From the NCBI GenBank assembly GCA_026394215.1, contig JAPKYR010000154.1, positions 1-48,614 of the forward strand: a stretch of DNA of 48,614 nucleotides. The letters are read 5' to 3'. Shown here piece after piece: positions 9,480-19,728 of this stretch. The notes below the pieces were generated by a model. It ran no database searches. It was given only the letters and a program-made list of their open reading frames with translations, and was not told where the DNA came from. The translations under genes were made by a program, and so were the position numbers. The stretch's first letter is position 1. Every line of letters begins with the position of its first letter. Source of the DNA: a bacterium. GTDB taxonomy: Bacteria; JAJVIF01; JAPKYR01.

Positions 9480-10583
9480 ATGGGTTCCGGAAATCCGAAA
9501 TTCCTCATTATCGATTCAAACCAGGAAAGCGGCGGTAAGCTAAGCGGCATGCTTGACAGGCTCGGATTCGCGTCCGACAACGCGATCCGTATGTCCGACG
9601 CATCGAAACTGATGCAGAAAGGCGGCTACGACTGCATCCTTGTCGACAAATCAGCATCGGAAAAATGGAAGAAAAATCTATCTGAACTGGCCTCGCACTC
9701 ATCCGGCTCAATGGTTTTCCTCACTGGCGACGGCAAGGCTGATTTAGATTGCGGGTCGTATCTCGAAACCGCCGACGGGTACTTCCAGATAAATTCTGCT
9801 TCCGTAACAGAACTTGGCAACCATCTTCGAAAAGCAATTAAAAACAAACTAGCCCCGGGAATGGGCATTGCAAAAACCAAAACTCCGGTTTTCATGCCAC
9901 GTTCACTTGATAATGAGTTACTGAATGACACTCAGGGCATCATCCGTACGAGGAGAATCGTCCGGGATTCCTCACCCGAGGATATGACTGTTGTCGCCCA
10001 ACGCGACGATGGGTCGTATGGGATCCTTTTCGGAGATTTTACCGGCGCGGAACAAATGCGAAATCTTCAGATATCCCACCTGAAACCCAGAATTCATCGT
10101 AGCCTTCTTGAAAGCCACAGTCCCGGACAGGTCCTGCGATCGCTGAATCAGGACCTTCTTCGCTCCAACGGCGCTGTTGATTTTATGACTGCTGTAGCGG
10201 CTTTAGTAAACCTCAAAAAAAATCGCCTTGTTTATTCGATCGCCGGACATATGCCGATCCTTCACAGGAGATGGGGCAGCCGGCAATGGAAGTGCCTTAC
10301 GGGCAAGGGTATCCCGCTTGGGATAAGGGAGAATTTGTCATGCACAAGTGAAATTCTCCATACAAAACCCGGCGACCGGGTGCTGCTGTTATCCGATGGG
10401 ATTTTGAAACCGCACGCGATCGCAAGGAAATGGCTCGATATCGATAATATGCTGGAAGATCTGGATATGCTTCCTATCGATTCAGCACCCCATGAAATTC
10501 TGGAACGTCTGGGCGAGATGGCTAATCCGGAAAAGGGTGCGGGGCTATCGGATGAATTCACAGCGATGTTGATACAGTATTAG
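9480..10583 (+). CDS. Receiver-like domain fused to SpoIIE/PP2C-like phosphatase
   Basis: N-terminal FLIIDS...YDCILVD; C-terminal FGDFTG, FMTA, SIAGHMP, GIPLG, PGDRVLLLSDG, SDEFT. Confidence 0.85.
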   Translation: MGSGNPKFLIIDSNQESGGKLSGMLDRLGFASDNAIRMSDASKLMQKGGYDCILVDKSASEKWKKNLSELASHSSGSMVFLTGDGKADLDCGSYLETADGYFQINSASVTELGNHLRKAIKNKLAPGMGIAKTKTPVFMPRSLDNELLNDTQGIIRTRRIVRDSSPEDMTVVAQRDDGSYGILFGDFTGAEQMRNLQISHLKPRIHRSLLESHSPGQVLRSLNQDLLRSNGAVDFMTAVAALVNLKKNRLVYSIAGHMPILHRRWGSRQWKCLTGKGIPLGIRENLSCTSEILHTKPGDRVLLLSDGILKPHAIARKWLDIDNMLEDLDMLPIDSAPHEILERLGEMANPEKGAGLSDEFTAMLIQY

Positions 10584-10860
10584 GTTTTGCCTCCAAATTT
10601 TATATGCCCAATTCGGTAATTTATTGCCTGCATATACCTGCTAGACATGCATTATATTTGTATTATTTACAATATTTCTCTTGTAATCGATAATAGTGCA
10701 TGATATTTTGCCAAAATATGTCAATAACATCCTTTACCTATAATATTTTATGTAATTATAAATGTCTATAAGATGAACTATTATTGGAATTGGTTTTAAA
10801 TGTACAATATTAATACCACTATATTAGTTTAGCAAATAATTAACGGGGTTTTTCCCTGAT

Positions 10861-10983
10861 AATTCAGTAATTCAGGGAATTCAGGGACTAATTCATTAAT
10901 TCAGGGATAGCTACCTTATTACTGATTTTCATATACGACCATCTTATTTACAGTGGTCGAGAAAAAAGGTAGCTGTCCTGAAT
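10861..10983. repeat. AATTCAG(GGA) short repeats plus an imperfect inverted-repeat pair (MITE/REP-like remnant)
   Basis: aattcag recurs several times in 10861-10907; TTCAGGGATAGCTACCTT (10900-10917) versus AAGGTAGCTGTCCTGAA (~10966-10982); internal CGACCA/TGGTCG. Confidence 0.55.
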
Positions 10984-11071
10984 GGCCAACCGAATGGGCA
11001 GTAAATGGAAAATTCTTTATTAATCATCTCTTCCCATTTCTAGTTGATTCAGGCCCAAATAAGAAGGTTGC

Positions 11072-11119
11072 CACCAACATGCCGTAGTTCGACGTCAGTC
11101 GAACGAAGGCATGTTGGTG
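11072..11119. repeat. Long hairpin (REP-like)
   Basis: CACCAACATGCC/GGCATGTTGGTG outer stem and GTTCGAC/GTCGAAC inner stem. Confidence 0.65.
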
Positions 11120-11138
11120 CCCTTTCATTCCTGAAAAA

Positions 11139-11167
11139 TTGTAAGTGTATTACATAAATGCTATAAT
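11139..11167 (+). promoter_or_regulatory. Sigma70 promoter with extended -10
   Basis: TTGTAA-17 nt-TATAAT preceded by TG, ending 9 nt before ATG 11177. Confidence 0.65.
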
Positions 11168-11176
11168 ACGGCCATT

Positions 11177-12331
11177 ATGCAGGTAGATCAGGCCACACAG
11201 CCACTCTATGAATCTAGGAATATCCCTAAAACCAGGAATCTGATGCTTCTCATTATAATGGTATCCCTTGGAGCTTTGGAATTTTATATCTTTCAAGTTA
11301 CCGGTCTTCCCGATTGGACTAAGTGGGCAATCACGATTTTATTTGTAGCGATGATTATTTACATGATTCTTTTCTGGCCTCGTGTCTGGTTGTTAGTCTA
11401 TCCGGATCACGTACTTATAAAGTACGGATTATTATTCCTCCTCCGATTGAAATTAAACCGGCAGAATGTCCTGAGTATCGAAGACGCTTCATCCTGGTCA
11501 TATGTCGACAGAACGAAATGGGCGAAATTCAAATGGAGAGATCTTACAAACGGTCTTGGTTCTGATGCAGACGTGCTGGCGATTAAAACTACGAAATCCA
11601 CATATCTTTTCGAGTGCGTTAATCCCCAGGAAGCGTTACTCGCGATGGCAAAGGTTTTCGGTAGTGGGATAGTTAAAATTGAGCCATTGAGCGAGGCCGA
11701 CCAGGAGGTCACAAGTGAACGACCATGGAAACCTAAATCCGCGCAACCGTTTGATCCCTCATCCCCACTGGGAGAATGCCTTTATAAATTCACCAACACG
11801 AACAAGGTTATTCTGTATATCTTTTCAGCCTTTATATTGGCTTGCATCATAATACCAATGGTTAGAAATGAAATTGTATACCCTAATTTGCGGTTTAGCC
11901 TCTTACATATAATTCTAGGTATCATTTTACCGTGCGCATTAGGTATTTTCGTCTTCAGGGAATTTGTCCCAATTGTCAGAGGTTTCGTATATCCGGGTCG
12001 CATTATCCTTCTTTCTGGTCTTATATATCCAATAAAATATGTTCTACCAATTGAACAAATCAAGGCAGTAAAAATTACGATGTTCGATCCGGTCAAGGAT
12101 TTCAGTTCCCCTCTCGGTGTTGCTGTCGGTAAAAATAAATGGAAAGGATCGTATGGTTTTTTTGGAATTTTGAATAATAAGGGTATTTCCATCGAGGGGG
12201 ATGAAGGGAAAATAGTCATTGCATGTGAAAAACCGGAAGAATTATCGCTTCAATTGAAAACGGTCCTCAATGGTATCGAGATAGATTTAATCAACATTTC
12301 GCCCGAACAGCCCGATAGTCCAGTTAATTGA
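11177..12331 (+). CDS. Membrane protein with two tandem TM-hairpin/bPH-like modules
   Basis: Internal repeat: VWLLVYPDHVLIKYGL...FECVNPQE versus VRGFVYPGRIILLSGL...IACEKPEE. Confidence 0.75.
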   Translation: MQVDQATQPLYESRNIPKTRNLMLLIIMVSLGALEFYIFQVTGLPDWTKWAITILFVAMIIYMILFWPRVWLLVYPDHVLIKYGLLFLLRLKLNRQNVLSIEDASSWSYVDRTKWAKFKWRDLTNGLGSDADVLAIKTTKSTYLFECVNPQEALLAMAKVFGSGIVKIEPLSEADQEVTSERPWKPKSAQPFDPSSPLGECLYKFTNTNKVILYIFSAFILACIIIPMVRNEIVYPNLRFSLLHIILGIILPCALGIFVFREFVPIVRGFVYPGRIILLSGLIYPIKYVLPIEQIKAVKITMFDPVKDFSSPLGVAVGKNKWKGSYGFFGILNNKGISIEGDEGKIVIACEKPEELSLQLKTVLNGIEIDLINISPEQPDSPVN

Positions 12332-12387
12332 ATTAAAATCCCGGAAAATGAATTTCCAGGCTACGTACAACGTACTTTTTTCTTGTT

Positions 12388-15300
12388 CTAAATAATCACC
12401 AGCAAAAATCCTTCCAGCGCGACATTGTCGTACCCCACGGCGTAAATAAGCGTCCCGTCGGTGGCAAGATGCGCGATACCGAGTTTCTGAACTCCGCCGA
12501 CATATTGGATATTCGATGGATCGCTGATATCAAAAGTCACTAAACCCCAGTCGGGTTCGGTTACATACGCGTAGTCGCCGATTAACACAATCCCCTGCGC
12601 CCCGGTTCCAGGCCCATCGGTTGAGCTATCCAGCAACGTGGGCGTCTGGGGAGTTGAAGAAGCATCCCATGACGTCAGCGCACCCTCGTAAGCTTTCACG
12701 AACAGATTTGTCCCGTCGGCGATGATCGCATGAGTGTGCCCGGTCGCGAAATGCCCAAGCTCGACCGGAGCCGCGGGATTCGCAAGGCCGAGGACCTCGA
12801 TGCCCTCGTTATACCGGGTTAGATAGAGGTAGTTGTTGATAAACGCCATGTGATAAGCATTGCCGAGAAAATCGAGCGATACCTCCGCGCCGGCAGTAAT
12901 GTTGTACGGGTCGGTGACATTTATCGGCACCAGCGCGTTCGAGAATGAGCCGGCAAGGTACACCCAGTTATTTTTCTTCGCGATCGCGCGGCCATCATCG
13001 AAATTAACAAAATCCGCTGTCGATGGAGAGGCCGGATTGCTGAGGTTGACAACGGAAAATTTGTCGTATCCTCCGCAGTAGGCATAGTTCCCCTCGCAGA
13101 TAAGGGAGTATACGTAAGGCATCGATCCCCCGTAGTTCCATGTGCCGACCTGGGGCGGATCGACCGGATTGGTTCGGTCATAAACCTTCAATCCGCCGAA
13201 ATCTGCGACCACAAGTAGGGTATCGGTAATCGCAACAGCCTGCGGATCGAGCGCGGAATACTCATTTATAATTACCGGGGCCGCCGGATCGCCGTGGCTT
13301 GTCGGTGTTGCGCTCACAACAATGATGTTTGTATCCTCATTACCCGTCTGGTCTTCAGCACGAACAGCTAAATAATACGGCTGATCGTTCAGGAGATTAG
13401 GAACCGTGTAGCGATAATCGGCCGCCGAACCCGTTTGAGGAGTCACATTCGCTAATTTAGTGGCGGTACCGAAATCGAACGGCAGCGTTTGGGTGTAATA
13501 GACGTTATATTTCACAGGCGGCGTGAATACATCGATTGCTTTATTCCATTCTATTTTTACCGATTTGTAGTACGATGTCGCAGTCTGGGCTCCAACGGTG
13601 GATTCCCACACAGGCGCTTCGTCATCGATTCCGACATACAGGCTATCCGAGGAAATCGGGAATTGATCGTATGGAGCCGCTATTTTCTGTACGGTAGCAA
13701 TATCCTTGTAAGTCTGAAGCGAGAATGTCACGTTCGTGTCTTCCGGAGCACCGGAAATATCGGCGGCGAAAAATAGCACAAGAGGATTATGATAATTCCA
13801 TGCTATCCCGAGATCGCTCAACCGGACGCGATTCAGCCCCATTGGATTTTTCTGAATCAGGAGAGTGTCGCCGCCATCCAACTCGCCATTTCCGTTGGCG
13901 TCCCGATAAAGCCTCGCGAGTGTCCACGAGTCGTTCGGCATGGTCCCGCTCTTGTTAATTATTACCTCATCCAGCGTCGCTGCCGAGGTAATGCTCAGAA
14001 TCAATTTCAACACGGGGACATTAACGCTCTCCACATTAGTAAATGAGGGCGCGAGACTTTCACCCGTCACCGATAAATCATTCACTATTTTATGGATATT
14101 GATCCCGTATGTACTCGAATTCCCGACAGCGGGAGAGTACACCTTTATGTAATACGTCAGGCCTGAATATGCTGCTAGAATAACCTCTTCAAAACTAGTC
14201 CCGGCATGATTTACTACTATCCCCTGCCCTACAAGATTAGTCATAGCCAGGTCCGAATAAACCGCGATATCGAGATTTTCTCCATAGGTGAAAATGTCCA
14301 GATTAAACTGCCATGTCCCCGTACTCGGGGCGGTGAACCGATACAAATCCGTCGTATCCAAATATGGATTACCCGGAACATCGTGAATCGAGTCATAGAT
14401 CGGAGTATCGGGAGCGCTTACAGGCACAAAACCATTGCCATCCTCCAGACTCTCATACCTGTCCGACCCATAGACGGCTCTCAGAGCATTCACGCGGCCA
14501 TTGCCTGTCTGGTCATCAAACCCGGGCGCGCCGATATCGTCCGCAGTCTGGACAAGCCTGTCCCAGCACCACTGGCCGTTTTTATCGGGATTGAAGCTTT
14601 TAATCAGAGCCATTACGCCGGCAGTGACGGGACATGCGCAAGATGTCCCGGCGAAAAAGCCGTTGCTCCCTCCGTCCCAGTAAGTGTTATCGCCCTCGCC
14701 ATGCGTTGTCAGATACAATTCCCCAAATCCCATCACATCCAGTGAAGGGCCATAGCAGGAACCCCAGTACCAGCCGGAATACCATGAAATTCTGGCTTCG
14801 TCTATCGGGTTATGTGATTCATCGAACGGGATGGTCGCGCCGATTGTCATGACCGATTGATATAGACTCGGATACCGGATGGTCGTGCTATCCTCATTTC
14901 CTGCCGATGCCATAAGAATCACGCCATCGCCGTCATTCCAGCAGGAATTGCACTGGTTTTCCATAATTGTCGAATAGTCCCATGTGCCAAATGACATGCT
15001 GCAAATATCTGCTTCGTTGACCCTCGCGTACTCGAGCGCTCCGACTACGCTGGATTCATAGATCGGCCCTCCACCTGACAAATCCACCTTCAGTGCCATT
15101 ATTTTCACACCGGGCGCGATTCCCGAAACACCCTTGAAATTGTCCTGAACCGCCGCGACAATTCCCGCGCACGCGCTTCCATGATAACTCGCGTAATAAC
15201 CATCATCATTTGGGTCATTATCATTACTAACGAAGTCCCATCCCCAGGTGTCGTCGATTTTTCCATTACCGTCATCATCTATGCCATTGCCGGGAATTTC

Positions 15301-15978
15301 GTCCGCGTTATTCCATAGCGCGCCGGCGAGATCCACATGGGTTTTACGCACGCCGGTGTCGATGATAGCCACAACTACATCGCTTGAGCCTTTCGATTCG
15401 TTCCATACAAGAGATGCGCCAAGCATCGCCGGTCCCCACTGCTCATAGACACTGTCTCTGGGATCGTCGCCCTCATCCGGTCCTTCCCATAACGGATCGT
15501 TCGGAAAATAAAACGCTTCGTCGAATGTATAAATCAGGTTGGGTTCAGCTATTTGAACCGAGGGATCCGATTGAAGGATTTTGACCATGTCCGGGACGGG
15601 AGTCCCGTCTGTAATCCGAAGTTCAAAAACGGTACCCCATCGGCATGCGATAGTCTGCAAATTATTGAGTTTATTTTTGCTGAATATTTCGGTTGCCTGG
15701 GATGGGGTAATATCATCGTTCAGAACGACCAGCACCTCATCTTCAGCCCATCTGTCAGCCTGTGTTGAAATGGGTACCTGTGAAGACCCTGATAGATTAT
15801 CGGACGACGAAAGTGTAGCCGAATTAGAGCCTGCACCATTGATTATTGGATCGGCGCTTCGGGAATCCGGGATCGCGGGATTATTTTTTCCGGAGCAACC
15901 CGAAATTATTAAAAATATCAAAGCGATTACGAATGCTTTCCATTGCATGTTTGATACCATTTTAAAGCGAAAAGCCAT
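12388..15978 (-). CDS. S8 (subtilisin-family) serine protease lipoprotein with PPC-like, FN3-like and LVIVD-repeat domains
   Basis: Lipobox IISGC; triad IIDTG, YHGSACAG, GTSCACP; ASAGN; WNNADEIPGNGIDDDGNGKIDD insert; YYLAVRAED; repeats like VYDRTNP and FDISDPSN. Start placed at ATG 15978 (AAGGAAG upstream). Confidence 0.92.
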   Translation of the reverse strand: MAFRFKMVSNMQWKAFVIALIFLIISGCSGKNNPAIPDSRSADPIINGAGSNSATLSSSDNLSGSSQVPISTQADRWAEDEVLVVLNDDITPSQATEIFSKNKLNNLQTIACRWGTVFELRITDGTPVPDMVKILQSDPSVQIAEPNLIYTFDEAFYFPNDPLWEGPDEGDDPRDSVYEQWGPAMLGASLVWNESKGSSDVVVAIIDTGVRKTHVDLAGALWNNADEIPGNGIDDDGNGKIDDTWGWDFVSNDNDPNDDGYYASYHGSACAGIVAAVQDNFKGVSGIAPGVKIMALKVDLSGGGPIYESSVVGALEYARVNEADICSMSFGTWDYSTIMENQCNSCWNDGDGVILMASAGNEDSTTIRYPSLYQSVMTIGATIPFDESHNPIDEARISWYSGWYWGSCYGPSLDVMGFGELYLTTHGEGDNTYWDGGSNGFFAGTSCACPVTAGVMALIKSFNPDKNGQWCWDRLVQTADDIGAPGFDDQTGNGRVNALRAVYGSDRYESLEDGNGFVPVSAPDTPIYDSIHDVPGNPYLDTTDLYRFTAPSTGTWQFNLDIFTYGENLDIAVYSDLAMTNLVGQGIVVNHAGTSFEEVILAAYSGLTYYIKVYSPAVGNSSTYGINIHKIVNDLSVTGESLAPSFTNVESVNVPVLKLILSITSAATLDEVIINKSGTMPNDSWTLARLYRDANGNGELDGGDTLLIQKNPMGLNRVRLSDLGIAWNYHNPLVLFFAADISGAPEDTNVTFSLQTYKDIATVQKIAAPYDQFPISSDSLYVGIDDEAPVWESTVGAQTATSYYKSVKIEWNKAIDVFTPPVKYNVYYTQTLPFDFGTATKLANVTPQTGSAADYRYTVPNLLNDQPYYLAVRAEDQTGNEDTNIIVVSATPTSHGDPAAPVIINEYSALDPQAVAITDTLLVVADFGGLKVYDRTNPVDPPQVGTWNYGGSMPYVYSLICEGNYAYCGGYDKFSVVNLSNPASPSTADFVNFDDGRAIAKKNNWVYLAGSFSNALVPINVTDPYNITAGAEVSLDFLGNAYHMAFINNYLYLTRYNEGIEVLGLANPAAPVELGHFATGHTHAIIADGTNLFVKAYEGALTSWDASSTPQTPTLLDSSTDGPGTGAQGIVLIGDYAYVTEPDWGLVTFDISDPSNIQYVGGVQKLGIAHLATDGTLIYAVGYDNVALEGFLLVII

Positions 15979-16151
15979 ATGGAAAATCACTTCCTTGTAA
16001 GAATACAATTCGTTACAAAATGCAACATAAGGTGAAGAAATTCTCAATCATTAAAATGAGGATCGAGACCGTAATGAATAGTACCACTTGTTTTCCGAAT
16101 TTCAAAATCGCCGATTAAATAAAAGGAGGGCATTGTGGTTAGGGTACGCCT

Positions 16152-16210
16152 TGCACTCCTTGACAGTCGTGCCTCCGATATGTTTATCCGATATGTTTTA
16201 CCGATATTTC
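16152..16210. repeat. Dispersed 24-bp repeat copy followed by 3x CCGATAT at 13-bp period
   Basis: 16152-16175 is the exact reverse complement of 41924-41947; CCGATAT starts at 16175, 16188 and 16201. Confidence 0.75.
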
Positions 16211-16286
16211 TGGAAAATTGCGGCCTGTTTACATTATATAATATCTGATATAATTCATTTAAAATCTATTTTATGGAGAACATTTA

Positions 16287-19200
16287 ATGTACAGATACTT
16301 TTTTGTTGCCATCACTGCGATATTTATCGCGTTCATTCTATTCGGTTGCTCAGGTAATCCCGCACAGCCTGTCATTCCCGAGGTTCAACAAGTTGATTCT
16401 TCCCCAACTCAGCAGAATCATCAATGCGCCGGGCTATACGACATTACAATTAACAGGGAGACAGGTGAAATCGTCGTTACACCTGAACGAACCGCTTTAT
16501 TGCACCTGAATCTCACCGCGGTGTACAACAAAACGTTCGGAATTTCGGTTGCATTCTACCCGGCGTTGTCCGATCTGGCGAACGGGCTGATCGTGTTCGA
16601 CATGTCGATCACACACCCGTTCCCCGCCAATCCGGAATTTTCAGGATTCGACCTGAAAGGAATAATGATGTCGCCGGGTACTGTAAACATCGGATCACTC
16701 ATTTTCGCCGACCTTGACGAGTCCAGGCTTGAGAACGCCGACGGATATACGCGATGGTGGAATCCCTCCGAGTTCACACAGTCCGGCGTGCTGGGATATA
16801 CCAGCGGAGTGTTAACCGGAACCCCGGCATCCACCCTGACAGCGACAGTAAATCCATACAAGCTTTTCGCGGATGCCCTTGGCGCGGACGATTCAATCGA
16901 TCTCGTAACCAACGCGCCTCTGACAAGCAGCAACGGAAGGGCAGTATTTAAAAATGAGAGTACGGATACAAGACGGTTCTATCTCAGATTCGCGATGACA
17001 CCCACGATCCAGGTTGTTTATGGTTATGCGATCGATGTCGCGTGGTGGGAGCCGGTTCCGAATCCGCCCGATAATATACCCGCGGATTTTCCCATGATAG
17101 CGAATCAGCCCGAGGCCTACAGAATCGACCTTACTGTGCAGAAAAATACCCTGTATTATGAAACTGAAGGCGGTTTCGGCGGCGGGGAACTTGTCATGAA
17201 GGCGAATGTCTATGACTGGCAGGGACAGGCTCTCGCCGACACCGCCAGCCAGGTGACATCGGTCATGTTCTACGCTCCGGAAATTATGCCCACAGGGATC
17301 GATGCGCCTTTTCAGGTCGATACCGGCGATCACGCGGAATACGAAGCTGACCTTACCGGAATCGCGACACCAACACATACCGGAGAAACGATGATCATCT
17401 GCCGTGTAGAATCATCGGACGGATCGACATACAAGCAGACTGGAGCTCCGGCGCCGGACGTACCGATCTCGGCTTTCCAGGTTATGACCATCGATGTCCC
17501 TGAACTCACCTGTGCGGGAGACGCGAATAACGATTTCACCGAAGCTTTCCCAATTACTTTCGGTACCCCGGTCGATGGTTTTGTGTGCCTTCCAAACGAC
17601 TACAAGGATTTTTACCATTTCACGATACCGTCCGGAAGTTATATAACTGGAAATCTGGAATTGGACGCCAATGCCGATCAAGTGCTTCTAGGTATTTATG
17701 ACAACGCGCAGACTCTTATCACCGAGGAGCCGGTTGTTTCAGGGCAGGCAACGATCGATCTTTTCAGTCTCGGCCTGACACCCGGAAAATATTATGTTCG
17801 TGTGTATACCTCCAATGCGAGCCAGATTGTACCTTACATACTCAGCGGTGATGAAGCAATCGTTCCGATTACAGCCCCGACCGTAACAGAGGTTACTCCA
17901 GATGATATGTTTATGGATGCAAGAGTTGTGCTCGCGCATGATAATTACATTTATTGCATCGGTGATCGCGGCATATGGATTTACGATATTTCAACTCCCA
18001 AAACACCCGATCTGGTATCTTATACCTTGCAGGATAGTTTAAATTCCAATGAAGCGGTACTTTATTACCCTTACCTTTACTACTACTACAGTTCACCTTC
18101 AGGAGCTGCTTCTAACACGGTCAATATGCTCGACGTTTCAGATCCCTCAAATCCCGTGTTAACGATCGATGTAGTGCCCCTTGGCGGGCCATCGGATACG
18201 GTATGTCTTGCCATTAACTCGACAAACCTGTATGTCACAGTAAATGACGTATACGATAATGTTACATCAAGCATTTACGATTACACCTCTGATCCCGATA
18301 GCCCGGCATTCCTGGCCAGCTTCGCGGGACCTGCTTACCCTTACGATATGATCCTTACTGACCCTGAAGGACCGGATACGCACCTTGTCCATTCATGCGC
18401 ATTCGGTGTCCAGTCGTATTCAGTGGAAGACCCATTAGCTGTGGTCCAGACCGGAAACTACACGTTTTTAACTAACGCCGGTCGGGAGCTGGCAGCATAT
18501 GGGAATATCGTCTATGTAACGCACGATTCCGGCAATATGATCGTACTGGAACAAACACCCGGCACTCTCGATTACAAAACAACGCTAGCCCTTCCTGTTG
18601 GTACTAATTCGATAGACATCAACTTCCCCGACATGTATATTGGAAGCGAAACTGCAGGATTTATCAATTGCGATATAACCACTCCGGCAACCCCAGTCTT
18701 AAATGCCTTCTATCCGACTATTTCATATGGCGGAGACGTTGCAGTTGCTGGGGACTACATTTACATCATCCCCTATCAGGCCGGACTCGAGATTTTTGAT
18801 AATTCAGGACCGGGGCTGCCTTTAGACGCAGGACATCTCCCGGTTGTGAATATGCCATTAACGGGGCAATTGAATGGTGATTACTTGTATATTCCAGTTG
18901 ACGAAGGATCATATACAGCGTTAAAAACCATTAATATCGCTGACCCATCCAACGCGCATGTCGTTTATGACCTTAAAACACTTGATCCATTGAGCCTCCT
19001 TGCCCTCGACGGAAATCTTCTCGCCGGACTTGGGGGAAGCTCGATGTATGTTTTCGATGTAACCGATCCATCAACCCCAAGTCTTTTAAATACCCAGCCT
19101 ACAACATGGGCTGGAAGAGGACTTGCGATTAAGGATAATATCGTCTACGCGGCTATGTTCGATGGGACCGATACGTTGATCGATGCATATGAAGTTGACC

Positions 19201-19706
19201 CCTGCTGCTCGTATTATGGTTCAACTTCAATTTCCGGCGAAGTTTGGGACCTGACAATTTCAGGCGATACGCTGTACGTCCAGAAAATAAACAGCATTGA
19301 GATTTACAGCCTCGCCGACCCGTACAATCCGTCATATGTTGGAACTTATGCTCTGGCGAACGATAGCCGCGAATCGGAAGCGGTCGGAAACTTGCTATAT
19401 TCAGTTGATTACGACGGGCTTGAGATTGCGGACATCACCGACTCGGAAGCGCCGGTTTTCTTAAACTCGATTGAAATCATAACTCCCGATGGCTTTGACC
19501 AGGTAGCAATAGATGGAATGTACGCGTTCATCGCTGGATTTTATCAGGCGCCAAACACAGTAAGTATTTTCTACCCATCCGAACTGATTGACCTGGGGCC
19601 GATTTACACTCACCCGGAATACCAAGCAGTGGACCTTCAGGTCTCAGACGGGTATCTGTACGAAATCACCCCTTATTATGGAGTCCACATTCACAGTATT
19701 AACTAA
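16287..19706 (+). CDS. Large lipoprotein with an uncharacterised N-terminal domain, PPC-like domain and LVIVD beta-propeller repeats
   Basis: GGAG SD; lipobox LFGC; PGKYYVRV; repeats IYDISTP, LDVSDPSNP, INIADPSN, FDVTDPSTP, ADITDSEAP. Confidence 0.88.
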   Translation: MYRYFFVAITAIFIAFILFGCSGNPAQPVIPEVQQVDSSPTQQNHQCAGLYDITINRETGEIVVTPERTALLHLNLTAVYNKTFGISVAFYPALSDLANGLIVFDMSITHPFPANPEFSGFDLKGIMMSPGTVNIGSLIFADLDESRLENADGYTRWWNPSEFTQSGVLGYTSGVLTGTPASTLTATVNPYKLFADALGADDSIDLVTNAPLTSSNGRAVFKNESTDTRRFYLRFAMTPTIQVVYGYAIDVAWWEPVPNPPDNIPADFPMIANQPEAYRIDLTVQKNTLYYETEGGFGGGELVMKANVYDWQGQALADTASQVTSVMFYAPEIMPTGIDAPFQVDTGDHAEYEADLTGIATPTHTGETMIICRVESSDGSTYKQTGAPAPDVPISAFQVMTIDVPELTCAGDANNDFTEAFPITFGTPVDGFVCLPNDYKDFYHFTIPSGSYITGNLELDANADQVLLGIYDNAQTLITEEPVVSGQATIDLFSLGLTPGKYYVRVYTSNASQIVPYILSGDEAIVPITAPTVTEVTPDDMFMDARVVLAHDNYIYCIGDRGIWIYDISTPKTPDLVSYTLQDSLNSNEAVLYYPYLYYYYSSPSGAASNTVNMLDVSDPSNPVLTIDVVPLGGPSDTVCLAINSTNLYVTVNDVYDNVTSSIYDYTSDPDSPAFLASFAGPAYPYDMILTDPEGPDTHLVHSCAFGVQSYSVEDPLAVVQTGNYTFLTNAGRELAAYGNIVYVTHDSGNMIVLEQTPGTLDYKTTLALPVGTNSIDINFPDMYIGSETAGFINCDITTPATPVLNAFYPTISYGGDVAVAGDYIYIIPYQAGLEIFDNSGPGLPLDAGHLPVVNMPLTGQLNGDYLYIPVDEGSYTALKTINIADPSNAHVVYDLKTLDPLSLLALDGNLLAGLGGSSMYVFDVTDPSTPSLLNTQPTTWAGRGLAIKDNIVYAAMFDGTDTLIDAYEVDPCCSYYGSTSISGEVWDLTISGDTLYVQKINSIEIYSLADPYNPSYVGTYALANDSRESEAVGNLLYSVDYDGLEIADITDSEAPVFLNSIEIITPDGFDQVAIDGMYAFIAGFYQAPNTVSIFYPSELIDLGPIYTHPEYQAVDLQVSDGYLYEITPYYGVHIHSIN

Positions 19707-19728
19707 ATGTCAGCAGTCCGGAATTATC

